Shown here: piece after piece, positions 48,600 through 61,460 of the stretch
How positions within the stretch are numbered: position 1 is the first letter of the stretch
Layout: each line of letters starts with the position of its first letter
NCBI GenBank assembly: GCA_950097015.1
Contig: CATNEN010000001.1
Location: 11,966,001-12,030,000, forward strand
Direction of reading: 5' to 3'
Length of the DNA stretch: 64,000 nt
Source: Macrostomum hystrix
Taxonomy: Eukaryota > Animalia > Platyhelminthes
Program-made: the position numbers and the translations under genes
Notes under the pieces: model-generated
Told to the model about the DNA's origin: nothing
Databases searched by the model: none
Seen by the model: the letters and a program-made list of their open reading frames with translations, nothing else

Positions 48600-48930
48600 A
48601 AGCAAGCAAAGTCACTTCTATTACTCCTTCAATCAATATTATTCAGCCGAAAAATACTAGGAAACCATAAGCTAGCTTGCGAAACATTGCGAACTGCGAG
48701 ACCGAAAATTCCGTATCAGAATAGATTATGTAGCAAGGAAGTTGAAAACGAGGTCCACTTACTATTTAAGTGCAGTTGGAATGTGTATAGCGCCGCAAGT
48801 TCGAATTAAACAAAAGAACATTTCTAGGAAAACTCCAAATTTCGCATCCTTAACAGCAGAAGAGAAACCTAACTGCATAATGGCACAATAAGATAGGGAA
48901 ACCACTGAAGCTTTAGCAAAGTACATCATA
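48600..48930 (+). pseudogene. Old non-LTR retrotransposon ORF2 C-terminal remnant
   Basis: LGNHKLACET...PKIPYQNRLC..EVENEVHLLFKC...Y resembles the 'HxLxxE...RxC...EDExHxxxxC' LINE C-terminal domain. Confidence 0.6.
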
Positions 48931-48961
48931 GAAATGTGTTTTTACTGCTCTTATTTTGAAT

Positions 48962-51900
48962 AACACCGCTTGTGAAAACACCGCTTGCGGAAACACCGCT
49001 TGTGAAAACACCGCTTGCGGAAACACCGCTTGTGAAAACACCGCTTGTGAAAACACCGCTTGTGAAAACACCGCTTGTGAAAACACCGCTTGTGAAAACA
49101 CCGCTTGCGGAAACACCGCTTGTGAAAACACCGCTTGTGGAAACACCGCTTGTGAAAACACCGCTTGTGGAAACACCGCTTGTGAAAACACCGCTTGTGA
49201 AAACACCGCTTGTGGAAACACCGCTTGTGAAAACACCGCTTGTGAAAACACCGCTTGTGAAAACACCGCTTGTGAAAACACCGCTTGTGAAAACACCGCT
49301 TGTGAAAACACCGCTTGTGAAAACACCGCTTGTGAAAACACCGCTTGTGAAAACACCGCTTGTGAAAACACCGCTTGTGAAAACACCGCTTGCGGAAACA
49401 CCGCTTGTGAAAACACCGCTTTTGAAAACACCGCTTGTGAAAACACCGCTTGTGAAAACACCGCTTGCGGAAACACCGCTTGTGAAAACACCGCTTGTGA
49501 AAACACCGCTTGTGAAAACACCGCTTGTGAAAACACCGCTTGTGAAAACACCGCTTGTGAAAACAACGCTTGCGGAAACACCGCTTGCGGAAACACCGCT
49601 TGTGAAAACACCGCTTGTGAAAACACCGCTTGCGGAAACACCGCTTGTGAAAACACCGCTTGTGGAAACACCGCTTGTGAAAACACCGCTTGTGGAAACA
49701 CCGCTTGTGAAAACACCGCTTGTGAAAACACCGCTTGTGAAAACGCCGCTTGTGAAAACACCGCTTGTGAAAACACCGCTTGTGAAAACACCGCTTGTGA
49801 AAACACCGCTTGTGAAAACACCGCTTGTGAAAACACCGCTTGTGAAAACACCGCTTGTGAAAACACCGCTTGTGAAAACACCGCTTGCGGAAACACCGCT
49901 TGTGAAAACACCGCTTGTGGAAACACCGCTTGTGAAAACACCGCTTGTGGAAACACCGCTTGTGAAAACACCGCTTGTGAAAACACCGCTTGTGGAAACA
50001 CCGCTTGTGAAAACACCGCTTGTGAAAACACCGCTTGTGAAAACACCGCTTGTGAAAACACCGCTTGTGAAAACACCGCTTGTGAAAACACCGCTTGTGA
50101 AAACACCGCTTGTGAAAACACCGCTTGTGAAAACACCGCTTGTGAAAACACCGCTTGTGAAAACACCGCTTGCGGAAACACCGCTTGTGAAAACACCGCT
50201 TTTGAAAACACCGCTTGTGAAAACACCGCTTGTGAAAACACCGCTTGCGGAAACACCGCTTGTGAAAACACCGCTTGTGAAAACACCGCTTGTGAAAACA
50301 CCGCTTGTGAAAACACCGCTTGTGAAAACACCGCTTGTGAAAACAACGCTTGCGGAAACACCGCTTGCGGAAACACCGCTTGTGAAAACACCGCTTGTGA
50401 AAACACCGCTTGCGGAAACACCGCTTGTGAAAACACCGCTTGTGGAAACACCGCTTGTGAAAACACCGCTTGTGGAAACACCGCTTGTGAAAACACCGCT
50501 TGTGAAAACACCGCTTGTGAAAACGCCGCTTGTGAAAACACCGCTTGTGAAAACACCGCTTGTGAAAACACCGCTTGCGGAAACACCGCTTGTGAAAACA
50601 CCGCTTTTGAAAACACCGCTTGTGAAAACACCGCTTGTGAAAACACCGCTTGTGAAAACACCGCTTGTGAAAACACCGCTTGTGAAAACACCGCTTGTGA
50701 AAACACCGCTTGTGGAAACACCGCTTGTGAAAACACCGCTTGTGAAAACACCGCTTGTGAAAACACCGCTTGTGGAAACACCGCTTGTGAAAACACCGCT
50801 TGTGAAAACACCGCTTGTGAAAACACCGCTTGCGGAAACACCGCTTGTGAAAACACCGCTTTTGAAAACACCGCTTGTGAAAACACCGCTTGTGAAAACA
50901 CCGCTTGCGGAAACACCGCTTGTGAAAACACCGCTTGTGAAAACACCGCTTGTGAAAACACCGCTTGTGAAAACACCGCTTGTGAAAACACCGCTTGTGA
51001 AAACAACGCTTGCGGAAACACCGCTTGCGGAAACACCGCTTGTGAAAACACCGCTTGCGGAAACACCGCTTGCGGAAACACCGCTTGCGGAAACACCGCT
51101 TGCGGAAACACCGCTTGCGGAAACACCGCTTGCGGAAACACCGCTTGTGAAAACACCGCTTGTGAAAACACCGCTTGCGGAAACACCGCTTGCGGAAACA
51201 CCGCTTGCGGAAACACCGCTTGTGAAAACACCGCTTGTGGAAACACCGCTTGTGAAAACACCGCTTGTGAAAACACCGCTTGTGAAAACACCGCTTGTGA
51301 AAACACCGCTTGTGAAAACACCGCTTGTGAAAACACCGCTTGCGGAAACACCGCTTGTGAAAACACCGCTTTTGAAAACACCGCTTGTGAAAACACCGCT
51401 TGTGAAAACACCGCTTGTGAAAACACCGCTTGTGAAAACACCGCTTGTGAAAACCGCTTGTGAAAACACCGCTCGTGGAAACACCGCTTGTGAAAACACC
51501 GCTTGTGAAAACACCGCCTGTGAAAACACCGCTTGTGGAAACACCGCTTGTGAAAACACCGCTTGTGAAAACACCGCTTGTGAAAACACCGCTTGCGGAA
51601 ACACCGCTTGTGAAAACACCGCTTTTGAAAACACCGCTTGTGAAAACACCGCTTGTGAAAACACCGCTTGCGGAAACACCGCTTGTGAAAACACCGCTTG
51701 TGAAAACACCGCTTGTGAAAACACCGCTTGTGAAAACACCGCTTGTGAAAACACCGCTTGTGAAAACAACGCTTGCGGAAACACCGCTTGCGGAAACACC
51801 GCTTGTGAAAACACCGCTTGCGGAAACACCGCTTGCGGAAACACCGCTTGCGGAAACACCGCTTGCGGAAACACCGCTTGCGGAAACACCGCTTGCGGAA

Positions 51901-52101
51901 ACACCGCTTGTGAAAACACCGCTTGTGAAAACACCGCTTGCGGAAACACCGCTTGCGGAAACACCGCTTGCGGAAACACCGCTTGCGGAAACACCGCTTG
52001 CGGAAACACCGCTTGCGGAAACACCGCTTGCGGAAACACCGCTTGTGAAAACACCGCTTTTGAAAACACCGCTTGCGCAAACACCGCTTGTGAAAACACC
52101 G
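48962..52101. repeat. 15-bp satellite (AAACACCGCTTGTGA)n with higher-order structure
   Basis: About 209 monomers. Diagnostic variants recur at 780-bp spacing; one 13-bp monomer near 51451. Confidence 0.98.
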
Positions 52102-52198
52102 CCGTGTTCAAATACATACTTTGGGCGGTGTAGAGCGGATCTGCATTAGCATGGCGGCGTACATTGAGCAGAACGGGAGAACGGACCCATAGGATACT

Positions 52199-52240
52199 CA
52201 CGGACTAATCAAGTAGTCTACTATCTACTTGTAGTCCTTG
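52199..52240. mobile_element. 42-bp MITE with 8-bp TSD (P- or hAT-like termini CA...TG)
   Basis: CACGGACTA-ATCAAGTAG...CTACTTG-TAGTCCTTG flanked by AGGATACT on both sides. A single AGGATACT is present at the paralogous empty site (~36545). Confidence 0.85.
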
Positions 52241-53384
52241 AGGATACTAAGCAGAGGTGATGAGAGGTGATTGATGAGGCGCACACCGGGTTAGGTGAGA
52301 GAGCAGCAGAACTCACATTGCGTGCTCATTTGGTACATGCCTATATATTAGTCGCCTCTTTTGCGGGTTAATCATGTTTTCCGTTTCACCTTCATATTGC
52401 TTAATAGTTATTATATACCTGTTCTAACCTGTCCACGTAACTGTTCAGTTTTAGCCATGCGCCTTAATTATTGTATTCCGTTTTGCTAATTATGTTTTTC
52501 TCGCTGATTTCTTTCAAAAGCCCCGGTAGGGAGGTCAGTTGATGCAGTGCGATTTCAAAGCTGATTATTTCTTAGAAACACTCGCGAAATAATATTTGTT
52601 ATAAGTGATGAATTCAGTTTATTTGTTGTACGATAGCAGAGGAAAGATACAGTTTTAGATTGGTGTAATACGCAAGCATAAATGAGAAGGTTCGCATTGA
52701 TTTCTGAGAAAACTGTTAAACATGGATCATTGCCTAAGAGCGGACTGGAATACATAGAAATGAGAATATGGCCAAAGAAAACGCTACCAGATTGACTACT
52801 AGATAATTATACTAAATGCTACCAGAATAACTATACTTAGACACTCAGATACACGCTACTAGTCTGAATTAGTTTGAAAAAATATATTGAAAAACGCATG
52901 CTTTGAGTTATTTTATCTGTAGTTTCTGCTGAAAGTAGTATGTTAAGCTTCTGTTGGCCAGTGTTGTCCAAGGTGACTTGCATTCTGCCTATTCGGAACG
53001 ATTCCAGTCCATTGTGTTTCATCCAGACCTGCGCAAGTGAAAAACAATTGGTTTTATTTAATCAATTAAAAACATAAATTACGTGTTTTAGAGATCGGTG
53101 ACTTGACATTGCCTTCTACCTCACTGCGGCCAGACTGTTTGTCTCTTGCCTATGGACTGAACTTAACAGCTGTACGGAGTCGCCACTGACTGTACGTTCA
53201 GCACAACTGGGTTAGCTTAATTTTCCATCTATTTTCATCGTAAGTATCTAATAAAATGACTAGCTGGAATTTAGTCTTTTCCACACATAAGAAGGTCCGT
53301 ATCAGTGACAAAAATACGTCAATATGGGACAAACAATTAATAATTAAAATGTGGCGTCATGCCTGCTCTCACCGAAAGCTGTAG

Positions 53385-53705
53385 TTAGCAAACACGGCTT
53401 AACTTTTCCTTCAGTTTTTGTATCTCTGAATCTCTGTTTTGTATATCTTTGTATTCGGGATTACGGTGGGCACCTTCAAGGAATGAATAATAATCAGAGC
53501 AATAATTTCGATAAGTGTCACGGAAAATTACGATCGTTTCTATACCACTGTTTACTGTTTCATTCAGATTTTTTAACTGCTCTGATCCAAAATCTGGTAC
53601 AGTAATACTATCTTCATCCCAAGCAGCTTGTGATTCAGTCGGGAAAGTCAGCGTGATCAGCAGCAGAAACAGTGGCATAATCGTTGATGCTGTTGTCGGC
53701 TTCAT
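53385..53705 (-). CDS. Small secreted protein, paralogue B (106 aa, signal peptide, 2 Cys)
   Basis: MKPTTASTIMPLFLLLITLTFPTESQAA...; the frame stays open through the divergent region; TATA at 53797-53802. Confidence 0.75.
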   Translation of the reverse strand: MKPTTASTIMPLFLLLITLTFPTESQAAWDEDSITVPDFGSEQLKNLNETVNSGIETIVIFRDTYRNYCSDYYSFLEGAHRNPEYKDIQNRDSEIQKLKEKLSRVC

Positions 53706-54091
53706 ATTTCGATTGATGATGTCCTTCGATTGACTTGCTGAGTGAAACCTGAGCTAAGAATGTTTTGCGTGGGTATCAAAAAACAGCCATCTCGGCTTAT
53801 AAGCGAGGGGCATTCCCTGTACAGTCGTGAAAGTTGGTGAAATCGGGCAGTTTTGGCCACAGAAGTTGAGCTGATGAGCTTTCACGCAGTAGACTTCAGC
53901 ATGTCTATGTCTGAAACCTAGAGTTTTAGCAGTTCTGCTTCTCCGAGTCGCTTAATTGTGAGAGAACTTTAGCGAACTCACAGCCCAGCAAATCGCCCTA
54001 CGGCAATAACGATGGAAGTGTAGAGAAAAAAGTCTACATTTCCGATCAAGTGGTTTTCTGACTTCTGTCTGATAATTGGGGTTTTATTTTA

Positions 54092-55182
54092 ATTCCCTGC
54101 TCTAGACTGCCACTTGTCAGACAAGATTCCCTGCTCTAGACTGGCACTTGTCAGACAAGATTCCCTGCTCTAGACTGCCAATTGTCAGACAAGATTCCCT
54201 GCTCTAGACTGGCACTTGTCAGACAAGATTCCCTGCTCTAGACTGGCACTTGTCAGACAAGATTCCCTGCTCTAGACTGGCACTTGTCAGACAAGATTCC
54301 CTGCTCTAGACTGGCACTTGTCAGACAAGATTCCCTGCTCTAGACTGCCACTTGTCAGACAAGATTCCCTGCTCTAGACTGCCACTTGTCAGACAAGATT
54401 CCCTGCACTAGACTGCCACTTGTCAGATAAGATTCCCTGCTACAGACTGCCACTTGTCAGACAAGATTCCCTGCTATAGACTGCCACTTGTCACACAAGA
54501 TTCCCTGCTCTTGACTGCCACTTGTCAGACAAGATTCCCTGCTCTAGACTGCCACTTGTCAGACAAGATTCCCTGCTCTAGACTGCCACTTGTCAGACAA
54601 GATTCCCTGCTCTAGACTGCCACTTGTCAGACAAGATTCCCTGCCCAAGACTGGCACTTGTCAGACAAGATTCCCTGCTCTAGACTGGCACTTGTCAGAC
54701 AAGATTCCCTGCTCTAGACTGCCACTTGTCACACAAGATTCCCTGCTCTAGACTGGCACTTGTCAGACAAGATTCCCTGCTTTAGACTGCCACTTGTCAC
54801 ACAAGATTCCCTGCTCTAGACTGCCACTTGTCAGACAAGATTCCCTGCTCTAGACTGCCACTTGTCAGACAAGATTCCCTGCTCTAGACTGCCACTTGTC
54901 AGACAAGATTCGCTGCTCTAGACTGCCACTTATCAGACAAGATTCCCTGCTCTAGACTGCACTTTTCAGACAAGATTCCCTGCACTAGACTGCCACTTGT
55001 CAGACAAGATTCCCTGCACTAGACTGCCACTTGTCAGACAAGATTCCCTGCTATAGACTGCCACTTGTCAGACAAGATTCCCTGCACTAGACTGCCACTT
55101 GTCAGACAAGATTCCCTGCTCTAGACTGCCACTTGTCAGACAAGATTCCCTGCTATAGACTGCCACTTGTCAGACAAGATTC
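54092..55182. repeat. 34-bp satellite (ACAAGATTCCCTGCTCTAGACTGCCACTTGTCAG)n
   Basis: About 32 tandem monomers. Confidence 0.97.
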
Positions 55183-55433
55183 CAGAACTTGTCAAAAACA
55201 GTCGAGCGATTCTTAGAAACCGGACAGCGATTTTTAGAAACAGAATAGCGGTACGCAAATTTAAAATTGCTGTTCTTAAAAAAGGAGCGGTTCTTAGAAA
55301 TAGTAGAGCGGTTCTCCGAATAAAAAAAACTGTTCTTTCAAACAATCGAGCGGTTCTCAGAAAGAAAAGAGCAGAGCGTTTCTTTGAAACAATGGAGTGA
55401 TTTTTCGAATCAGGAGAGCAGTTCTTAGAAACG

Positions 55434-56640
55434 AGTAGAAGAGACAGAAGAAATCACAGGGAGTAGAAGAGACAGAAGAAATCACAGGGACTAGAAGAGA
55501 AAAAATCACACAAAAAAAAGAGACAGAAGAAATCACAGGGAGTAGAAGAGGAGAAATCACAGACAGTGGAAGAGACAGGAGAAATCACAGGGAGTAGAAG
55601 AGACAGGAGAAATCACAAGGAGTAGAAGAGGAGAAATCACAGGGAGTAGAAGAGACAGGAGAAATCACAGGGAGTAGAAGAGGAGAAATCACAGGGAGTA
55701 GAAGAGGAGAAATCACAGGGAGTAGAAGAGGAGAAATCACAGGGAGTAGAAGAGACCGGAGAAATCACTGGGAGTAGAAGAGACAGGAGAAATCACAGGG
55801 AGTAGAAGAGACAGGAGAAATCACAGGGAGTAGAAGAGACAGGAGAAATCACAGGGAGAAGAAGAGAAAAAATCACACAAAGTAAAAGAGACAGGAGAAA
55901 TCACAGGGAGTAGAAGAAAAAAAATCACACAAAGTAAAAGAGACAGGAGAAATCACAGGGAGTAGAAGAGAAAAAATCACACAAAGTAAAAGAGACAGAA
56001 GAAATCACAGGGAGTAGAAGAGGAGAAATCACAGACAGTGGAAGAGACAGGAGAAATCACAGGGAGTAGAAGAGAAAAAATCACACAAAGTAAAAGAGAC
56101 AGAAGAAATCACAGGGACTAGAAGAGAAAAAATCACACAAAGTAAAAGAGACAGAAGAAATCACAGGGAGTAGAAGAGGAGAAATCACAGACAGTGGAAG
56201 AGACAGGAGAAATCACAGGGAGTAGAAGAGACAGGAGATATCACAGGGAGTAGAAGAGGAGAAATCACAGGGAGTAGAAGAGACAGGAGAAATCACAGGG
56301 AGTAGAAGAGGAGAAATCACAGGGAGTAGAAGAGGAGAAATCACAGGGAGAAGAAGAGACAGAAGAAATCACAGGGAGTAGAAGAGACCGGAGAAATCAC
56401 AGGGAGTAGAAGAGACAGGAGAAATCACAGGGAGTAGAAGAGACAGGAGAAATCACAGGGAGTAGAAGAGACAGGAGAAATCACAGGGAGTAGAAGAGAC
56501 AGGAGAAATCACAGGGAGAAGAAGAGAAAAAATCACACAAAGTAAAAGAGACAGGAGAAATCACAGGGAGTAGAAGAAAAAAAATCACACAAAGTAAAAG
56601 AGACAGGAGAAATCACAGGGAGTAGAAGAGACAGAAGAAA
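55434..56640. repeat. Purine-rich 24-28 bp minisatellite (GAGTAGAAGAGACAGGAGAAATCACAGG)n
   Basis: Tandem monomers with length variants. Confidence 0.95.
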
Positions 56641-56646
56641 TTCAGA

Positions 56647-58364
56647 AACAGCTGATCAACATATCTAACAGCTGATGAACATATCTAACAGCTGATGAAC
56701 ATATCTAACAGCTGATAAACATATCTCACAGCTGATGAACATATCTAACAGCTGATGAACATGTCTCACAGCTGATGAACATATCTAACAGCTGATGAAC
56801 ATATCTAACAGCTGATGAACATATCCAACAGCTGATGAACATATCTAACAGCTGATGAACATATCTAACAGCTGATGAACATATCTCACAGCTGATGAAC
56901 ATATCTAACAGCTGATGAACATATCTAACAGCTGATGAACATATCTAACAGCTGATGAACATATCTAACAGCTGATGAACATATCCAACAGCTGATGAAC
57001 ATATCTAACAGCTGATGAACATATCTAACAGCTGATGAACATATCTAACAGCTGATGAACATATCTAACAGCTGATGAACATATCTAACAGCTGATGAAC
57101 ATATCTAACAGCTGATGAACATATCTAACAGCTGATAAACATATCTAACAGCTGATCAACATATCTAACAGCTGATGAACATATCTAACAGCTGATCAAC
57201 ATATCTAACAGCTGATGAACGTATCTAACAGCTGATGAACATATCTAACAGCTGATCAACATATCCAACAGCTGATGAACGTATCTAACAGCTGATGAAC
57301 ATATCTCACAGCTGATGAACATATCTAACAGCTGATGAACATATCTAACAGCTGATGAACATATCTAACAGCGGATGAACATATCTAACAGCTGATGAAC
57401 ATATCCAACAGCTGATGAACATATCTAACAGCTGATGAACATATCTAACAGCTGATGAACATATCTAACAGCTGATCAACATATCCAACAGCTGATGAAC
57501 GTATCTAACAGCTGATGAACATATCTAACAGCTGATGAACATATCTAACAGCTGATGAACATATCTAACAGCTGATGAACATATCCAACAGCTGATGAAC
57601 ATATCTAACAGCTGATGAACATATCCAACAGCTGATGAACATATCTAACAGCTGATGAACATATCTAACAGCTGATGAACATATCTCACAGCTGATGAAC
57701 ATATCTAACAGCTGATGAACATATCTAACAGCTGATGAACATATCTAACAGCTGATGAACATATCTAACAGCTGATGAACATATCCAACAGCTGATGAAC
57801 ATATCTAACAGCTGATGAACATATCTAACAGCTGATGAACATATCTAACAGCTGATGAACATATCTAACAGCTGATGAACATATCTAACAGCTGATGAAC
57901 ATATCTAACAGCTGATGAACATATCTAACAGCTGATAAACATATCTAACAGCTGATCAACATATCTAACAGCTGATGAACATATCTAACAGCTGATCAAC
58001 ATATCTAACAGCTGATGAACGTATCTAACAGCTGATGAACATATCTAACAGCTGATCAACATATCCAACAGCTGATGAACGTATCTAACAGCTGATGAAC
58101 ATATCTAACAGCTGATCAACATATCCAACAGCTGATGAACGTATCTAACAGCTGATGAACATATCTAACAGCTGATGAACATATCCAACAGCTGATGAAC
58201 GTATCTAACAGCTGATGAACATATCTAACAGCTGATCAACATATCCAACAGCTGATGAACGTATCTAACAGCTGATGAACATATCTAACAGCTGATGAAC
58301 ATATCTAACAGCTGATGAACATATCTAACAGCTGATGAACATATCTAACAGCTGATGAACGTAT
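56647..58364. repeat. 20-bp satellite, array 4 (~1.7 kb)
   Basis: Same monomer as arrays 1-3. Confidence 0.98.
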
Positions 58365-58509
58365 CAGGTTATAACCTGTCTAACATGCTACCAAACCTGT
58401 CTAACAGATAAAAACTGTCTAACAAATGGCAAAGCGTGTATTTGACAAGCGAGTGCCAAATATTATCCACTAATAAGTTAAGAGAAACTCATTAAAGATA
58501 TGTGATGAT

Positions 58510-61460
58510 TTCCGCATCACAGCTGAGAGCGCTAGTTCTCATGAGTTCGCTGAGTCATGTTCGCAGCAGGCATCGAACCGGAGCAACTCGTGGCTGTTCG
58601 TAATGTTGTTAACTTGAAAAACATTTCTCCCACTGGGAAAATGTTTTCTGTTGCACTCTCGATCGAGTCTTAGTCGATTGACCGAAGTCGTTAGTCGCTT
58701 AACGAGACAAAGTAGTTTGCGGTTCTCAGCTCGTGGGTCATTCCATCGGCTCGGACTGATTTCGTTACGCCACTGAATGAGTCCTCCTATGAGCTACTTC
58801 GGCACTATAAATTTGGTCTAAGGAAATGACTCACTCTGACGTGAACTAATATTATCTGTATCTGAATTGCACTCTGTATAAGTCATATTCTACATTATCT
58901 CTGTCACTGTCTCCATAATATCTGTCACTCTCTTCATGATATCTGTCACTGCCTTCATGATCTCTGTCACTCTCTTCATGATCTCTGTCACTCTCTTCAT
59001 GATCTCTGTCACTCTCTTCATGATCTCTGTCACTCTCTTCATGATCTCTGTCACTCTCTTCATAATATCTGTCCCTCTCCTCTTCATGATATCTGTCACT
59101 CTCTTCATGATATCTGTCACTCCCTTCATGATATCTGTCACTCTCTTCACCATATCTGTCACTCTCTTCATGATATCTTTCACTCTCTTCATGGTCTAAG
59201 TCATTATTCCACGTTAGAGTGGTTTAGCAATCCCTATGCAGCAATCCGCCAAACATTTTTCTTGAGCAAACTTGCTAATTGGAGCAGCAGAAAAAATGAA
59301 TCAAAGAGCATTTTCTTGTTCTCTCCTGGCTTCTACAAACAGCTTTTGTCTGTCTGGAACAACTCAGTAACTTGTCTGATAGTTTGATCTACTCTGGCTG
59401 TTGCTATGACCGATTGAGCACATCATGGATCAGTCAGCACTGAGCGATTTTGCAAAACACAGGCCCAAATTCTTTATCAGCGGTGAAACCAAGGGCAGGC
59501 TGACCATTGCAGCAGTTTCGAGACACAAATTAGCGGTCCAAATTGGTTGAAATTGATTTCTCCACATTCGTTTGTCCCTACATGACCCGTCTCCCCACCG
59601 AGTTGACCAATTGAGTTAAGTCCTTAATTTTTGTGATAATTCTTTTTTTGCATAGAAGCAGCACCAGCAGCAGCAAAAGAAGAAATTTGCATCAGCGGAC
59701 ACTCCCAACCAGGTCTTCGTGTCTTTCTCTGCTCTCCCTCGTCTCGTTGACTTGCCGATGGCATGACTCACTCGATAAAGAGGAGGCTCGAGAGGAGACT
59801 TAAAAAAAATGCTGTTAGTTCTGGCTCGAGTGCATTCTTCAACTGATCTCCCAGCTGTCAAATCAAGTAGACACAATGGTACCTCTTTGGCCAGTTCGTT
59901 CTAAATCAAACTTAATCCCGCTTCGTGCACTGGTGCATCATTTCTCAACTGCCAAATTGAATTACTATTTATGTAGTTAGGCAAGTCCTGCTTTGGAAGT
60001 TTGATGGATAAGCCTGGATTTCGTGAGGATCCATTCTAAATAAATAACAAAAGACTGGCCAGAGACGGAGTTAGAAATACGACGCTTAGAAGGATGAGTT
60101 TGGGGTGAGATGAAACGGGAGAGATTAGACAGGGGAGAGATGAGACAGGGAAGAGATGAGACACGGGAGAGATGGGACACGGGAGAGATGGGACACGGGA
60201 GAGATGGGACACGGGAGAGATGGGACACGGGAGAGATGGGACACGGGAGAGATGGGACACGGGAGAGATGAGACACGGGAGAGATGGGACACGGGAGAGA
60301 TGGGACACGGGAGAGATGGGACACGGGAGAGATGGGACACGGGAGAGATGGGACACGGGAGAGATGGGACACGGGAGAGATGGGACACGGGAGAGATGGG
60401 ACACGGGAGAGATGGGACACGGGAGAGATGGGACACGGGAGAGATGGGACACGGGAGAGATGGGACACGGGAGAGATGGGACACGGGAGAGATGGGACAC
60501 GGGAGAGATGGGACACAGGAGGGATGAGACAGGGTGGAGTAGATGTTTGAGGAGTCGAGCATTAGGGGTGCATTTTTGTGAGTTTGGAGGGCCGCATCTT
60601 GCCCGCGGGCCGGAGGTTGCCGACTCCTGGTCAAGGAGAATCTTTGATTAATAGATTTCTAGGATGGTAGAATAAGTTAGACTGTACGTAAGTTCTTTCT
60701 TAAAATCGATCTTATGCTAGAGTGTAACTGGAGAACAATTTTATCTAGGGTGAGCAATTGTCAAGCTGTTGTTTGTAGTTTGTCTGCAGGCAGGCTAAAC
60801 TTTAGCGGCTATGGATTACTGGCAGTGTGTTATTTAGGAATCGATGGAGATGAAAATGCAAATGCTCAGAATTCGGCAAAAATAATATTGAATTTCTGTC
60901 TGAGAATTTTCGTGTGTATCATTTAAAGAATGCTTGACTAATCACGTGCAACCAAGGCGCATGATTTCTCCTAAAGAAAAAGTTCGAAGATTTTTTGGAA
61001 TATTTTGACGATAATTTTGCCAAGATGGAGGCGAGAATTACAGAATAGGCTAATAAGAGATAAGAGATTGAGAGATTGAGAGAGGAGAGATAAGAGATTG
61101 AGAGAGGAGAGATAAGAGATTGAGAGAGGAGAGATAAGAGAGTGAGAGATTGAGAGAGGAGAGATAAGAGATTGAGAGAGGAGAGATAAGAGATTGAGAG
61201 ATTGAGAGAGGAGAGATAAGAGATTGAGAGAGGAGAGATAAGAGATTGAGAGAGGAGAGATAAGAGAGTGAGAGAGGAGAGATAAGAGATTGAGAGAGGA
61301 GAGATAAGAGATTGAGAGAGGAGAGATAAGAGATTGAGAGAGGAGAGATAAGAGAAGTGAGAGAGAAGAGATAAGAGATGTGAGTGTGAAGATAGGATAA
61401 GTGATGGAGGAGATTGGAAAAGAGAGGGTAGAGGAGAGATTAGGGAGGAAAGAGATGAGA
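58510..61460 (+). repeat. Segmental duplication block Y, copy 2 (with 21-bp, 16-bp and GA-rich arrays)
   Basis: Paralogue of 43990-48500; similarity ends after the GA-rich array. Confidence 0.92.

Larger units (their letters stand above)
52098..53960 (+). repeat. Segmental duplication block Z, copy 2
   Basis: Paralogue of 36445-39365. Confidence 0.92.

Noticed and set aside
48913-52201. ORFs of 800-1090 aa on both strands (ENTAC, KTPLV, SQAVF, TSGVF repeats)
   Set aside because: They are translations of a stop-free 15-bp satellite open in several frames at once; no unique coding sequence or strand preference.
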